Shown here: one piece after another, positions 50,289 through 62,900 of the stretch
Numbering within the stretch: the first letter of the stretch is position 1
How the letters are laid out: each line of letters opens with the position of its first letter
NCBI GenBank assembly: GCA_902577905.1
Contig: CACHAQ010000004.1
Span: 12,206 to 76,205 of the forward strand
Direction of reading: 5' to 3'
DNA from: an uncultured Alphaproteobacteria bacterium
GTDB taxonomy: Bacteria; Pseudomonadota; Alphaproteobacteria; HIMB59; GCA-002718135
DNA length: 64,000 nucleotides
Notes under the pieces: generated by a model
Seen by the model: the letters and a program-made list of their open reading frames with translations, nothing else
Database searches by the model: none
What the model was told of the DNA's origin: nothing
Position numbers and translations under genes: made by a program

Positions 50289-51548
50289 GTGAAATCTAAA
50301 ACAGAAAAGTTGTTAGATGAACTGGTCAAACTTCATCCCAAATATATTGATCTTTCATTAGACAGATTAAAATTATTATTAAAAAAATTAGGTAATCCTG
50401 AAGATCATCTACCAAAAACTATCCATATTGCAGGAACAAATGGAAAAGGATCTGTGCAAAGTTTTATAAGAAATATTTTACTGAAGAATGGGTATAAATG
50501 TGATGCATATATTTCGCCACATTTATCTAGATTCAATGAAAGAATAATTCTAAATAATAAAGAAGTAAGCACCAAGAAACTTTACGAAACTCTAAAATTT
50601 GTAAAAACAATAAATAATAACAAACCAATAACTTTCTTTGAAATAACAACAGCCGCAGCATTCATATTGTTTAAACAATCAAAATCTGACTTTCTTATTT
50701 TAGAGACAGGATTAGGAGGTCGATTAGATGCAACTAATATAATACCAAAAAAGATTTGTAGTATTTTAACGCCAATTAGTTTTGATCATGAAGAATTTCT
50801 TGGCAAAACACTTAAGAAAATTGCTAATGAAAAATTGGGTATAGTAAAGAATTGTAAGTTTGTGTTAGTTGGTAAACAAAAAAAAGAATTAAAAGATCAC
50901 ATTCAAAAAAAACTAAATAAATTTGAAAATAAATATTTTTATGGAAAAGAATATCGAGTCTTAAAATCATTAAAAAATAAGTTTCAGATAAAAATAGATG
51001 GAAAAAAATATTTCTATAGTCGACCTTCATTGAATGGAAAACATCAGGAAGAAAATGCATCAATATCTATTTATTTTGCAAAAATTATGAAAAATATGGG
51101 TTATAGATTAAATAAAAAAGATATTAATGCAGCGATAAAAAAAACTGCGTGGCCAGGAAGATTGGAAATTGTTAATTATAAGCATAAAAAAATAATTCTT
51201 GATGGATCACATAATATTGATGGAGCTGATAAACTAAATGAATTTTTAAAAACTGAAAAAATAAAACCCATAGTCTTGTTTGGAATGTTAAATAATAAGA
51301 AAGCAAATTTATTTTTGAATAAAATAAAAAAAAGAGTATCGAAAGTTCTAGCTATAGAAATTCCAGATGAAAAAAATTCATTTAAAACTAAAAAAATAAA
51401 TGAAATTTGTAATTTTCATTCTATTGAATGTGAGCAAATAAATAATATAGATGATGCTTTAAAATATTTTGGATCTCATCAACAAAAAACATATTTAATT
51501 ACTGGTTCGTTGTATTTGATAGGAAAAATTAGAGAAAAACTATTTTAA
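50289..51548 (+). CDS. folC: Bifunctional folylpolyglutamate synthase / dihydrofolate synthase
   Basis: HIAGTNGKGS P-loop, ETGLGGRLDATN and DGSHN motifs; GTG start. Confidence 0.85.
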   Translation: MKSKTEKLLDELVKLHPKYIDLSLDRLKLLLKKLGNPEDHLPKTIHIAGTNGKGSVQSFIRNILLKNGYKCDAYISPHLSRFNERIILNNKEVSTKKLYETLKFVKTINNNKPITFFEITTAAAFILFKQSKSDFLILETGLGGRLDATNIIPKKICSILTPISFDHEEFLGKTLKKIANEKLGIVKNCKFVLVGKQKKELKDHIQKKLNKFENKYFYGKEYRVLKSLKNKFQIKIDGKKYFYSRPSLNGKHQEENASISIYFAKIMKNMGYRLNKKDINAAIKKTAWPGRLEIVNYKHKKIILDGSHNIDGADKLNEFLKTEKIKPIVLFGMLNNKKANLFLNKIKKRVSKVLAIEIPDEKNSFKTKKINEICNFHSIECEQINNIDDALKYFGSHQQKTYLITGSLYLIGKIREKLF

Positions 51549-51863
51549 ATTGGATTGTATCCAGGTCTCTAATGCTGTTTTAGGAAGACTACCAACCTTA
51601 GTATCGATTAACTCACCATTTTTAAAAATCATTATTGTAGGAATACCCCTAATACCATATTTTTGTGGTGTCATAGGGTTCTCATCAATATTCATTTTAT
51701 ATATTTTAACTTTATCTTTATTCTCAACAGCAATTTCTTCTAAAATTGGGTCAAGTACTTTGCATGGACCGCACCATTCTGCACCAAAATCAACTACTAC
51801 TGGAACATCATTATTAGATATATCTTTATCAAAAGTTTGATCGTTTGTTTTAAAAGTAGACAT
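51540..51863 (-). CDS. trxA: Thioredoxin
   Basis: WCGPCK active site and GIRGIPT motif; 107 aa. Confidence 0.92.
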   Translation of the reverse strand: MSTFKTNDQTFDKDISNNDVPVVVDFGAEWCGPCKVLDPILEEIAVENKDKVKIYKMNIDENPMTPQKYGIRGIPTIMIFKNGELIDTKVGSLPKTALETWIQSNLK

Positions 51864-51909
51864 GAATAATATGTAAGAAATATTTATTTATTATCAAGCT
51901 AAATTAAAT

Positions 51910-52590
51910 CTAATTTTCTAAAATTGATTTTTTATCCCCAATATGTCTTATTTTGGAAGGAATAATATAACCTTTGATTTGATGTTTTTTAATTAGTTTT
52001 GTCCAAATTTCATTCATAGGGAATATTTTTTTTCTATTATTAAAGATATTTTTAGATACGATTTGAAGGCCGGAATAATACAATTTCTCATTTTTATTAT
52101 TCCAATTTGTGACTACATTTCTTTTTAGATTAAAGTCTCCATTTTCTTTTTTTAAACCTAAAAAATTAATATCTTTAGATAACAACATTTTACAGTGAGA
52201 AATATCTTGATGATTACCAAGAAAATATTTGATATGTGATTTATTATTTTTAGTCCAAAAAATATCAGAATTAACAACACATATTTTTTTTCTATTTGTA
52301 TAATTGAAAATATTTTTTACCCCTCCCCCTGTACCAAGTATTTTTTTTTCATAAATAATGTGAATGGGATATTTTTTAAAATTTTTGTCTAAATATTTTT
52401 TAATTTTATTATGTAAATAGTGTGTATTTATTAAGATTTCATCACATCCAATATTAGTAAAGAAATCAATTGTGTTCTTTAATAATACTTTATTTTTATA
52501 TTTTAAAAGAGGTTTTGGTGTACTGCGTGTCAAATTCAGCATTCTCGATCCAAAACCTGCACATAAAATCATTAATGTAAAATTATTCAT
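51910..52590 (-). CDS. Sugar-1-phosphate nucleotidyltransferase (MurU-like)
   Basis: LCAGFGSRM...PKPLL N-terminal nucleotidyltransferase motif; conserved partner of the adjacent kinase-fold gene and tsaE in alphaproteobacteria. Confidence 0.6.
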   Translation of the reverse strand: MNNFTLMILCAGFGSRMLNLTRSTPKPLLKYKNKVLLKNTIDFFTNIGCDEILINTHYLHNKIKKYLDKNFKKYPIHIIYEKKILGTGGGVKNIFNYTNRKKICVVNSDIFWTKNNKSHIKYFLGNHQDISHCKMLLSKDINFLGLKKENGDFNLKRNVVTNWNNKNEKLYYSGLQIVSKNIFNNRKKIFPMNEIWTKLIKKHQIKGYIIPSKIRHIGDKKSILEN

Positions 52591-52593
52591 AAA

Positions 52594-53511
52594 TTATAAA
52601 TACTTTTCATAAAATGATCTTAGTTCATAATTTTTAATATTATTCAATGTCGCTATTGTTCTAGATTTAGTTATTTTTAAATAATTTAAGTATTTATTAT
52701 CATTATTTGTGCTAATTAATTTTCTCCATCTACCAAGTAATCGAGTCTGTCGAGCTAAACTTAAAACATAATATTGCTCCAGAAAAGTATTAAAATTTTC
52801 AATAATTGAGGTGTTATCATAAAAATATTCAATTAATTTTTCATTGTAATCTCGTGTAAAATTAATTCTTGGATTCTCTAATAGTGATATTAGGTCCCAT
52901 CCTATAAATCCCTTAAAAGCACTTTGAAAATCAATAATTCCACATTTTAAATATGATTCACAATTTTCTAAAAAAAATAAATTTACAAATTCAAAGTCTT
53001 TGTGAACAAAATTTTTCATATTATAATTTTGAGAATAAAATATACTTTTCCATGATTCATAAAATTTTGAAGTTGGAAAATTTGAATTTTTTTTATTAGG
53101 AATATAATAATCAACAAACTCTTTAAGTTCGTTTTTTAAATCTTCAAAGGTGTATTCTTTTAAATTTTTTAAATTATTTAAATTTGATTGATTTTGGATA
53201 ACAATTATATTTTCTACAGCTAGTTTTAAAAGTTTATAAAGATTATCTTTATTGTATATTTTATTAAATCTATTTTTTCCAAAATCTTGCATGTATATTT
53301 TATATTGCTTTTGATTAACTTCATATATTTTAGGAATTGATATATTAATCTTTTGTAATATTTCATAAACAGTAAGGAAATTTTTAAACTCTTGTTTATC
53401 TCTAGAAAAATCAATTATTATTTTGGTATTCTCTTTTTCAGTAATTCTATAAATTAATTTGTTAGATAATCCGTCTTCAATTTTTTCTAAATCATTATGA
53501 TCAGAATTCAT
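52594..53511 (-). CDS. Aminoglycoside-phosphotransferase-fold kinase (AmgK-like anomeric sugar kinase)
   Basis: APH/choline-kinase-like fold (HKDFEFVNLFF catalytic-loop analogue, IDFQSA); syntenic with tsaE and the nucleotidyltransferase. Confidence 0.55.
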   Translation of the reverse strand: MNSDHNDLEKIEDGLSNKLIYRITEKENTKIIIDFSRDKQEFKNFLTVYEILQKINISIPKIYEVNQKQYKIYMQDFGKNRFNKIYNKDNLYKLLKLAVENIIVIQNQSNLNNLKNLKEYTFEDLKNELKEFVDYYIPNKKNSNFPTSKFYESWKSIFYSQNYNMKNFVHKDFEFVNLFFLENCESYLKCGIIDFQSAFKGFIGWDLISLLENPRINFTRDYNEKLIEYFYDNTSIIENFNTFLEQYYVLSLARQTRLLGRWRKLISTNNDNKYLNYLKITKSRTIATLNNIKNYELRSFYEKYL

Positions 53512-53515
53512 TAGA

Positions 53516-53962
53516 TTATTGTTTAAAACAAATATTAATTTTTCTTTTAGTTTCCGAAATCATATCTAAATTTATTAAATAATGATTTTTGTTTAGCGGT
53601 AAACTAGTTAACATTTCAGGCCACTCTATAAATGTAATATTGTTATTTAAATTTTCGAAGAAATCTAATTCCTCTAACTCCTTTAGGCTCTTTACTCTAT
53701 AAAGATCATAATGATAGATTTGTGATGAATTCAATTCATAGGTTATCAAAATAGGGAATGTTGGACTAGTAATAGAAGATGGTTTTGGTAAATTATTTAA
53801 TACAAAAAGATTATTAATTAATAATCTTATAAATGTTGTTTTACCAGCACCTAGCTCTCCTTGAAATAAGTAAATATCTCCAACAGATATGTCTTTACAT
53901 AAATTAGTGGAGAGTTTTTCAAGTTCACGAAGATCTAAAATTTGATTACTTAATTTTTGCAA
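53516..53962 (-). CDS. tsaE: tRNA t6A37 biosynthesis ATPase TsaE
   Basis: L.GELGAGKTTF P-loop, SPTF and HYDLYR motifs. Confidence 0.88.
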   Translation of the reverse strand: MQKLSNQILDLRELEKLSTNLCKDISVGDIYLFQGELGAGKTTFIRLLINNLFVLNNLPKPSSITSPTFPILITYELNSSQIYHYDLYRVKSLKELEELDFFENLNNNITFIEWPEMLTSLPLNKNHYLINLDMISETKRKINICFKQ

Positions 53963-53968
53963 ATTTTA

Positions 53969-55138
53969 TTATGCAATAGCTTTTAGAGCTTCCACTAAAT
54001 CAGTTTTTTCCCAAGTAAAATGTCCCTTGTCACTTGGTTCTCTACCAAAATGGCCATAAGCAGAGGTTGGGACATAAATTGCATTTGTAAGTTTTAAATG
54101 TTCTCTTATTCCTCTTGGGCTTAGATCAAATAAATCTTGCACAGATTTTTCAATTTTCTGTTCATCAACTTTATTTGTTCCATTAGTATTTACATATACC
54201 GATAAAGGTTTTGATACTCCTATTGCATAAGATAACTGTATAGTACACTCATCAGCTAGATCAGCTGCAACAACATTTTTTGCTAAGTACCTAGCTGCAT
54301 ATGCTGCAGATCTATCGACTTTAGATGGATCCTTTCCTGAAAATGCACCTCCACCATGGGGCGCTGCACCACCATATGTATCAACTATTATTTTACGACC
54401 AGTTAAACCAGAGTCACCGTCAGGGCCTCCAATTACAAAGTTACCAGTGGGATTAACATAGAATTCTTCATCTTTAAGACCATCTAACAAGTTATTAGGT
54501 ATGCACTCATATACGTAAGGTTTAACAATTTCTTTTACGTCCTCAGGAGATAAACCTTCTTTGTGTTGTGAAGAAATAACTAAAGAAGTAACTTTGCTTG
54601 GTTTTCCGTTTTCGTAAAGCATTGTAACTTGGCTTTTTGAATCAGGTTCTAAACCAGATGCAGATCCATCTTTACGGGCTTGTGCCATTTTATATAATAT
54701 TTGATGAGAATAATGTATCGGCGCTGGCATTAATGATTCAGTGTCTTTACAAGCAAAACCAAACATGATTCCTTGATCGCCTGCGCCCTCATCTTTATTG
54801 CTACCAGAATCAACACCCATAGCAATATCTGCTGACTGCTCATGAAGAAAACTTTCAATATCACAATTCTGCCAATGAAAGCCATCTTGTTCATAACCAA
54901 TATCTTTAATACAATCTCTAACTTGAGATATAATCTTATCTTTAGAAACTGATGGCCCCCTAACTTCTCCAGCTAAAACTACTTTATTGGTGGTAGTCAA
55001 AGTCTCACAAGCTACGCGCGTTTGTGGGTCACCAGAAGATAAATATGTATCAACAACCATATCTGAAATTCTATCACAAACTTTATCTGGATGGCCTTCA
55101 GAAACTGATTCACTTGTAAATAAATAAGATCTTTTCAT
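53969..55138 (-). CDS. metK: S-adenosylmethionine synthase
   Basis: [19 protein letters not shown] and GGGAFSGKD motifs. Confidence 0.95.
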   Translation of the reverse strand: MKRSYLFTSESVSEGHPDKVCDRISDMVVDTYLSSGDPQTRVACETLTTTNKVVLAGEVRGPSVSKDKIISQVRDCIKDIGYEQDGFHWQNCDIESFLHEQSADIAMGVDSGSNKDEGAGDQGIMFGFACKDTESLMPAPIHYSHQILYKMAQARKDGSASGLEPDSKSQVTMLYENGKPSKVTSLVISSQHKEGLSPEDVKEIVKPYVYECIPNNLLDGLKDEEFYVNPTGNFVIGGPDGDSGLTGRKIIVDTYGGAAPHGGGAFSGKDPSKVDRSAAYAARYLAKNVVAADLADECTIQLSYAIGVSKPLSVYVNTNGTNKVDEQKIEKSVQDLFDLSPRGIREHLKLTNAIYVPTSAYGHFGREPSDKGHFTWEKTDLVEALKAIA

Positions 55139-55146
55139 ATTAACTC

Positions 55147-58140
<2,994 letters not shown>

Positions 58141-58169
<29 letters not shown>

Positions 58170-58854
58170 ATCTTGTTCTTATTTGGTCAAAAGAATTATC
58201 ATAAGATCTGAATTTTTTTCTTAATCTCTTTATATGGCTATCAATAGTCCTATCATCAACGTATATAGAATCACCATACATAGCGTCCATTAATTGATTT
58301 CTATCCTTTACTACTCCAGGATACTGAGCAAGAGATTTTATTAAATTAAACTCTGCAACCGTAAGTTCAATTTCTATACCTTTCCAAAAACATAATTGTT
58401 TATCTTCATCTAGTATTAAATCACCTTTTATAAAATTTTGTTTTTTAATATTATTATCCTTTTGTTCTTCAGTTCTATTGTTATGAATTCTTAGTACTGT
58501 TCTTATGCGTTCATTTAATAATTTTTGTGAAAAAGGTTTTTTTATATAATCTGAAGCTCCCATTCTTAATCCAATAATCTCATCTTGTTCATGATCTTTT
58601 GATGTTAAAAAAATAATCGGAAGATCTTTTAGATTTTCAATCTTGCTCGAACGTACTTTTGAAAGAAGTTCATTTCCATCCATTTTAGGCATCTTAATAT
58701 CAAATAATCCCAAATCATAAGATTTGCTTTCAAGAGCCTCTAGGGCCTCAACTCCATTAAGAAATGTATCTACTGTAAACCCTTCACTTTGGAGAGAAAG
58801 AGATACTGATGTGAGAATCGACTGCTCATCATCAACCAATGCTATCTTAGTCAT
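58141..58854 (-). CDS. chvI: OmpR-family response regulator, ChvI/BvrR-like
   Basis: KIALVDDEQSILTSVSLSL..EG, FDIKMPKMDG.ELL, IFLTSKD.E.DE..GL.MGA.DYI.KPFSQ.LL.ER closely tracks ChvI; winged-helix C-terminus. Confidence 0.8.
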
Positions 58855-59005
58855 ACTACTTTTTATTAATAATTTATGGCAGATTTAAGTTCAAAGAAAA
58901 AATGACTCAGTAAATAAATTTAACAAAATGTGATTTAAGTTGATAAGTAAATGTAAATATTTCAATAACTTGTTTGCCTCCTGAAAATATGAATTAAGTA
59001 AGAGA

Positions 59006-59033
59006 TTGACATGATAAAAAAAATATTTATGTT
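59006..59033 (+). promoter_or_regulatory. Candidate sigma-70 promoter for nrdAB-grx (TTGACA-16 nt-TATGTT)
   Basis: Perfect -35 hexamer at 59006-59011 and a 4/6 -10 at 59028-59033. By-eye prediction only. Confidence 0.3.
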
Positions 59034-59088
59034 CTTATTTTGTTCTTATTGCGATATTGAGCAAATGTTGTATTGTCCCTTTTCGGCG

Positions 59089-59104
59089 GCACTACATATT
59101 GTGT
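59089..59104. promoter_or_regulatory. NrdR-box-like 16-bp palindrome
   Basis: GCACTACATATTGTGT matches 14 of 16 positions of the remembered NrdR box consensus acaCwAtATaTwGtgt; it lies 39 nt upstream of the nrdA ATG. Confidence 0.45.
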
Positions 59105-59142
59105 TTTTCGACAATAATTTATTAAAAATGGATAGAATTTAA

Positions 59143-61896
59143 ATGGCAGACAATCTACAGGTATCGGCAAAAATCCCGGAAGAAAAAAGTGTAAATATTT
59201 TAACATTAAGTGTGGTACGTCGTGATGGAGCTATCACTCCCTTCAAATCAGATAAAATTTCAAATGCTATAAAAAAAGCATTCTTAGCACAAACAAAAAT
59301 TAGAAATGACAAAAATAAAGAAAAAGAACAACAAGACGGAATTCATAAAACTGTTGAAGCTTTAACACATAAAGTTGTCTCGGCTCTAACAAGAAGGATT
59401 GCTGATGGTGATATGATTCACATTGAAGATATACAAGATCAAGTGGAATTAGCACTTATGAGAGATGAGCATCATAAAGTTGCTAGAGCATATGTCCTAT
59501 ATAGAGAACAAAGAGCAGCTTCTAGATATCACACTAAAAAACTAAAAGAGCAAGTTGGAGAAAAAGCTTCTTCAATGATGGTAACTAAAAGAGATGGAAG
59601 TAAAGAGCCGATTTCACTGGATAAAATAACCAACAGAGTTTCTGTTCTATCAACTGGATTAAATATTGATCCAATTGTCGTTGTTCAAAAAGCAGTTCCA
59701 GGATTGTATAGTGATATTAGTTCTGTTGAAATTGACACTTATCTAGCTGAAACTGCAGCAGCTTTAACAGTAGAGCATCCTGATTATTCATATCTTGCCG
59801 CAAGAATAAAAGTTAATTCATTACATAAAGAAACCCCAGGATTTATAATAGCAACAAAAAATTTATACGATGATGGTTTATTAAGAGAAGAGTATTTTAA
59901 AAAAGTGATGGAAAATGCTGACACAATAGAATCAATAATTGATTATGACAAAGATTATACATTTGATTATTTTGCCCTTACAACACTAATTAGAGCTTAT
60001 TTGTTAAAGTTTGATAATAGAACAATTGAAAGACCTCAGGACCTATGGATGAGAGTAACTTTAACAGTTACAGGTAACGAGTTTAATTTAGATAAAATAA
60101 AAGAAACCTATAAAAGTCTATCTAGTGGTATGTATACACATGCTACTCCAACATTGTTTAATAGTGGATTAAAGATGCAGCAATTATCATCATGCTTTTT
60201 AATAGGTATGGAAGATGATTCTATCGAAGGTATTTTTAATACTATCAAAGATTGTGCGCTAATATCAAAAACTGCTGGCGGTATCGGAATGCATGCTCAC
60301 AACATTAGAGGAAGTGGAAGTAGAATAAAATCAACAAATGGTAAATCTAATGGTCTTATTCCATTTCTTAAAATTTTTAATGAAACTGCTAAATCAGTTG
60401 ATCAAGGTGGAGGAAAAAGAAAAGGTTCTTTCGCAGTTTACTTAGAACCTTGGCATGCTGACATTGAGAAATTTCTAGAACTTAGAAAAAATACAGGTGC
60501 CGAAGAATTTAGAGCGAGAGATTTGTTTTATGCTTTATGGATACCTGATTTATTCATGAAAAGAATTGAAAATGATGAAGAATGGACACTTATGAGTGAA
60601 CATGAATGTCCAGGTCTTTCAGATGTATATGGTGACGAGTTTGAAAAACTTTACACTAAGTATGAAAATGAAATGAAGCATTTAGAAAAAATTAAAGCAA
60701 GAGATCTAATGTCTAAAATTATAGAAGCGCAGATAGAAACAGGACAGCCTTACATGCTCTATAAGGACTCAATCAATAACAAGTCCAACCAAAAAAATAT
60801 TGGTGTTATTAAATCTTCAAACCTGTGTGCAGAAATAGTTGAATACTCTGATAAGAACGAGACATCTGTATGTAACTTGGCTTCTATAGCTCTGCCAAAA
60901 TTTGTAAAAAAATCAGATAAAAAATTAATATATGACTATGATGCTCTTTATGAAACAGCAAAATTGGCCGCAAAAAACTTAGATGAAGTAATTGATATTA
61001 ATTTTTATCCAACTGATAAAACTGAAAGATCTAATAATAAACACAGACCAATAGGTTTAGGAATACAGGGTCTTGCAGATGTCTACTTCAAGTTAGGAAT
61101 AGCTTATGAGTCTGAAGAGGCTAAAGAAATAAATAAATTAATTTTTGAAACAATTTACTTTGGAGCTTTAGAAGCTTCATGTGAATTAGCGAAAGAAAAG
61201 GGAGCATACGAAACATTTAAAAATTCACCAATTTCGGAAGGTAAATTTCAATTTGATCTGTGGAATGTTAATCCGTCTTCAAAATGGGATTGGGACTCGC
61301 TAAGAGCTAAAATTAAAGAGCACGGTGTAAGAAACTCTTTAACCACAGCTTGTATGCCAACTGCGTCAACAGGCATTATATTAGGTAACACTGAAACATT
61401 CCAAATACAAACCTCTAATATATATAAAAGACAAACACTCTCAGGTGAGTTCCTTCTTGTAAATAGATATTTGGTGAATGAACTTTCTCAAAGAGGACTG
61501 TGGAATAAAGATATGAGAGACAAAATAATTTTAGAAAATGGATCGGTTGAAAACATAAATGAAATTCCAACTGAGCTAAAAGAAATCTATAAAACAGTTT
61601 GGGAAGTATCACAAAAAACTGTCATAGATATGTCAGCAGATAGAGCACCATTTATTGATCAAACCCAATCAATGAATCTTTGGCTTTCAACGCCTACATT
61701 TGGGAAAGTTAATTCAATGCATATGTATGCTTGGAAAAAAGGTCTTAAAACAGGAATGTATTATCTCAGAAGTAGATCAGCAGTTGATGCTGTAAAAGTT
61801 ACAGTTTCATCAGAAAAAGCAGCAAAAGATGCTTATATAAATACTGCTATTAAACAAAACAATGAACCAGAAGATTGCGAAACTTGCAGTGCATAA
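59143..61896 (+). CDS. nrdA: Ribonucleoside-diphosphate reductase alpha subunit (class I, eukaryote-like, two N-terminal ATP-cones)
   Basis: Two V..RDG....F...KI ATP-cone starts (residues about 24 and 147), active-site SNLCAEI and CMPTAS motifs, and a C-terminal CETCSA redox tail. Confidence 0.93.
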   Translation: MADNLQVSAKIPEEKSVNILTLSVVRRDGAITPFKSDKISNAIKKAFLAQTKIRNDKNKEKEQQDGIHKTVEALTHKVVSALTRRIADGDMIHIEDIQDQVELALMRDEHHKVARAYVLYREQRAASRYHTKKLKEQVGEKASSMMVTKRDGSKEPISLDKITNRVSVLSTGLNIDPIVVVQKAVPGLYSDISSVEIDTYLAETAAALTVEHPDYSYLAARIKVNSLHKETPGFIIATKNLYDDGLLREEYFKKVMENADTIESIIDYDKDYTFDYFALTTLIRAYLLKFDNRTIERPQDLWMRVTLTVTGNEFNLDKIKETYKSLSSGMYTHATPTLFNSGLKMQQLSSCFLIGMEDDSIEGIFNTIKDCALISKTAGGIGMHAHNIRGSGSRIKSTNGKSNGLIPFLKIFNETAKSVDQGGGKRKGSFAVYLEPWHADIEKFLELRKNTGAEEFRARDLFYALWIPDLFMKRIENDEEWTLMSEHECPGLSDVYGDEFEKLYTKYENEMKHLEKIKARDLMSKIIEAQIETGQPYMLYKDSINNKSNQKNIGVIKSSNLCAEIVEYSDKNETSVCNLASIALPKFVKKSDKKLIYDYDALYETAKLAAKNLDEVIDINFYPTDKTERSNNKHRPIGLGIQGLADVYFKLGIAYESEEAKEINKLIFETIYFGALEASCELAKEKGAYETFKNSPISEGKFQFDLWNVNPSSKWDWDSLRAKIKEHGVRNSLTTACMPTASTGIILGNTETFQIQTSNIYKRQTLSGEFLLVNRYLVNELSQRGLWNKDMRDKIILENGSVENINEIPTELKEIYKTVWEVSQKTVIDMSADRAPFIDQTQSMNLWLSTPTFGKVNSMHMYAWKKGLKTGMYYLRSRSAVDAVKVTVSSEKAAKDAYINTAIKQNNEPEDCETCSA

Positions 61897-61910
61897 AGAA
61901 GGAGTAAAGA

Positions 61911-62900
61911 ATGATATCAAAAGGCGTTAAATCAATATTTCCAATAAAAAACCAAGAAATTTGGGATAGGTACAAACAACATATTCAAGCCTTTTGGACA
62001 ACCGAAGAAGTATCTTTGCAAGATGATTTAAGAGATCTTGAAACTTTAAATGATGGTGAAAAGCATTTTATTAAGCACGTACTTGCATATTTTGCTAACT
62101 CCGAAGCAATGATTAATGAAAACTTAGCAAGTAGGTTCTACAAAGAAATTTTAATTCCTGAAGCAAGATGTTTTATATCTATACAAATGTTGAATGAATC
62201 AATTCATGCAGAGATGTATGGTCTACAAATTGAAGCTTATGTAAAAGATGCAAAAGAAAAAGACATGCTTTTTGATGCAATACAAAACGTGCCATGTATT
62301 AACCATAAAGCACAATGGGTATCAAAATGGCTCAATGGTAGTCAAAATTTATTAACAAGACTAATAGGATTTGGATTAGTTGAAGGTTTATTTTTTGCTG
62401 GCTCTTTCTGTGCAATATATTATTTCAGAAAAAGAGGCTTATTACCTGGTTTAGCATTATCTAACGACTGGATTGCAAGAGACGAAGGAATGCATTTTAG
62501 TTTCTCATCTCTTATGTTTAGAACTTTAAGAGATAAATTTAATAATAAAACATTAACTGATGCAGATATTAGCGATTTGTCTTTGATCCCCTCAGATGTG
62601 GCTCAATCACAATTTGAAGAAATTGTTAGAGAAGCAGTAGCATTTGAAAAAGAATTTGTAAGAGATGCTTTACCAGTAGATTTAATTGGTATGAATCAAG
62701 ACTTAATGTGTCAATATATTGAAGCTGTTGCAGACAGAATTGCTGACCTATTTGAATTTGACAGAGTCTTTAAAACAGAAAATCCTTTTGATTTTATGAG
62801 AGCTTTAGATGTACAAAATGTTACTAACTTTTTTGAAAAAAGGGTATCTGAATATCAACGACCTACAGATAGAGCTTTAAGTTTTGATGAAGCATTTTGA
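61911..62900 (+). CDS. nrdB: Ribonucleoside-diphosphate reductase beta subunit
   Basis: Ligand and radical motifs NSEAMINENL, ESIHAEMY, VEGLFFAGSF and ARDEGMHFSF; C-terminal ...SFDEAF tail. Confidence 0.92.
   Translation: MISKGVKSIFPIKNQEIWDRYKQHIQAFWTTEEVSLQDDLRDLETLNDGEKHFIKHVLAYFANSEAMINENLASRFYKEILIPEARCFISIQMLNESIHAEMYGLQIEAYVKDAKEKDMLFDAIQNVPCINHKAQWVSKWLNGSQNLLTRLIGFGLVEGLFFAGSFCAIYYFRKRGLLPGLALSNDWIARDEGMHFSFSSLMFRTLRDKFNNKTLTDADISDLSLIPSDVAQSQFEEIVREAVAFEKEFVRDALPVDLIGMNQDLMCQYIEAVADRIADLFEFDRVFKTENPFDFMRALDVQNVTNFFEKRVSEYQRPTDRALSFDEAF

Noticed and set aside
59011-59142. A 43-codon upstream ORF (MIKKIFMFLFCSYCDIEQMLYCPFSAALHIVFFDNNLLKMDRI) whose stop directly abuts the nrdA ATG.
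   Set aside because: Its ATG lies upstream of the likely transcription start if the TTGACA/TATGTT promoter is real. It has no ribosome-binding signal or recognisable family, and it overlaps the putative operator sequences. Chance occurrence cannot be excluded. It is only worth revisiting if ribosome profiling shows occupancy.
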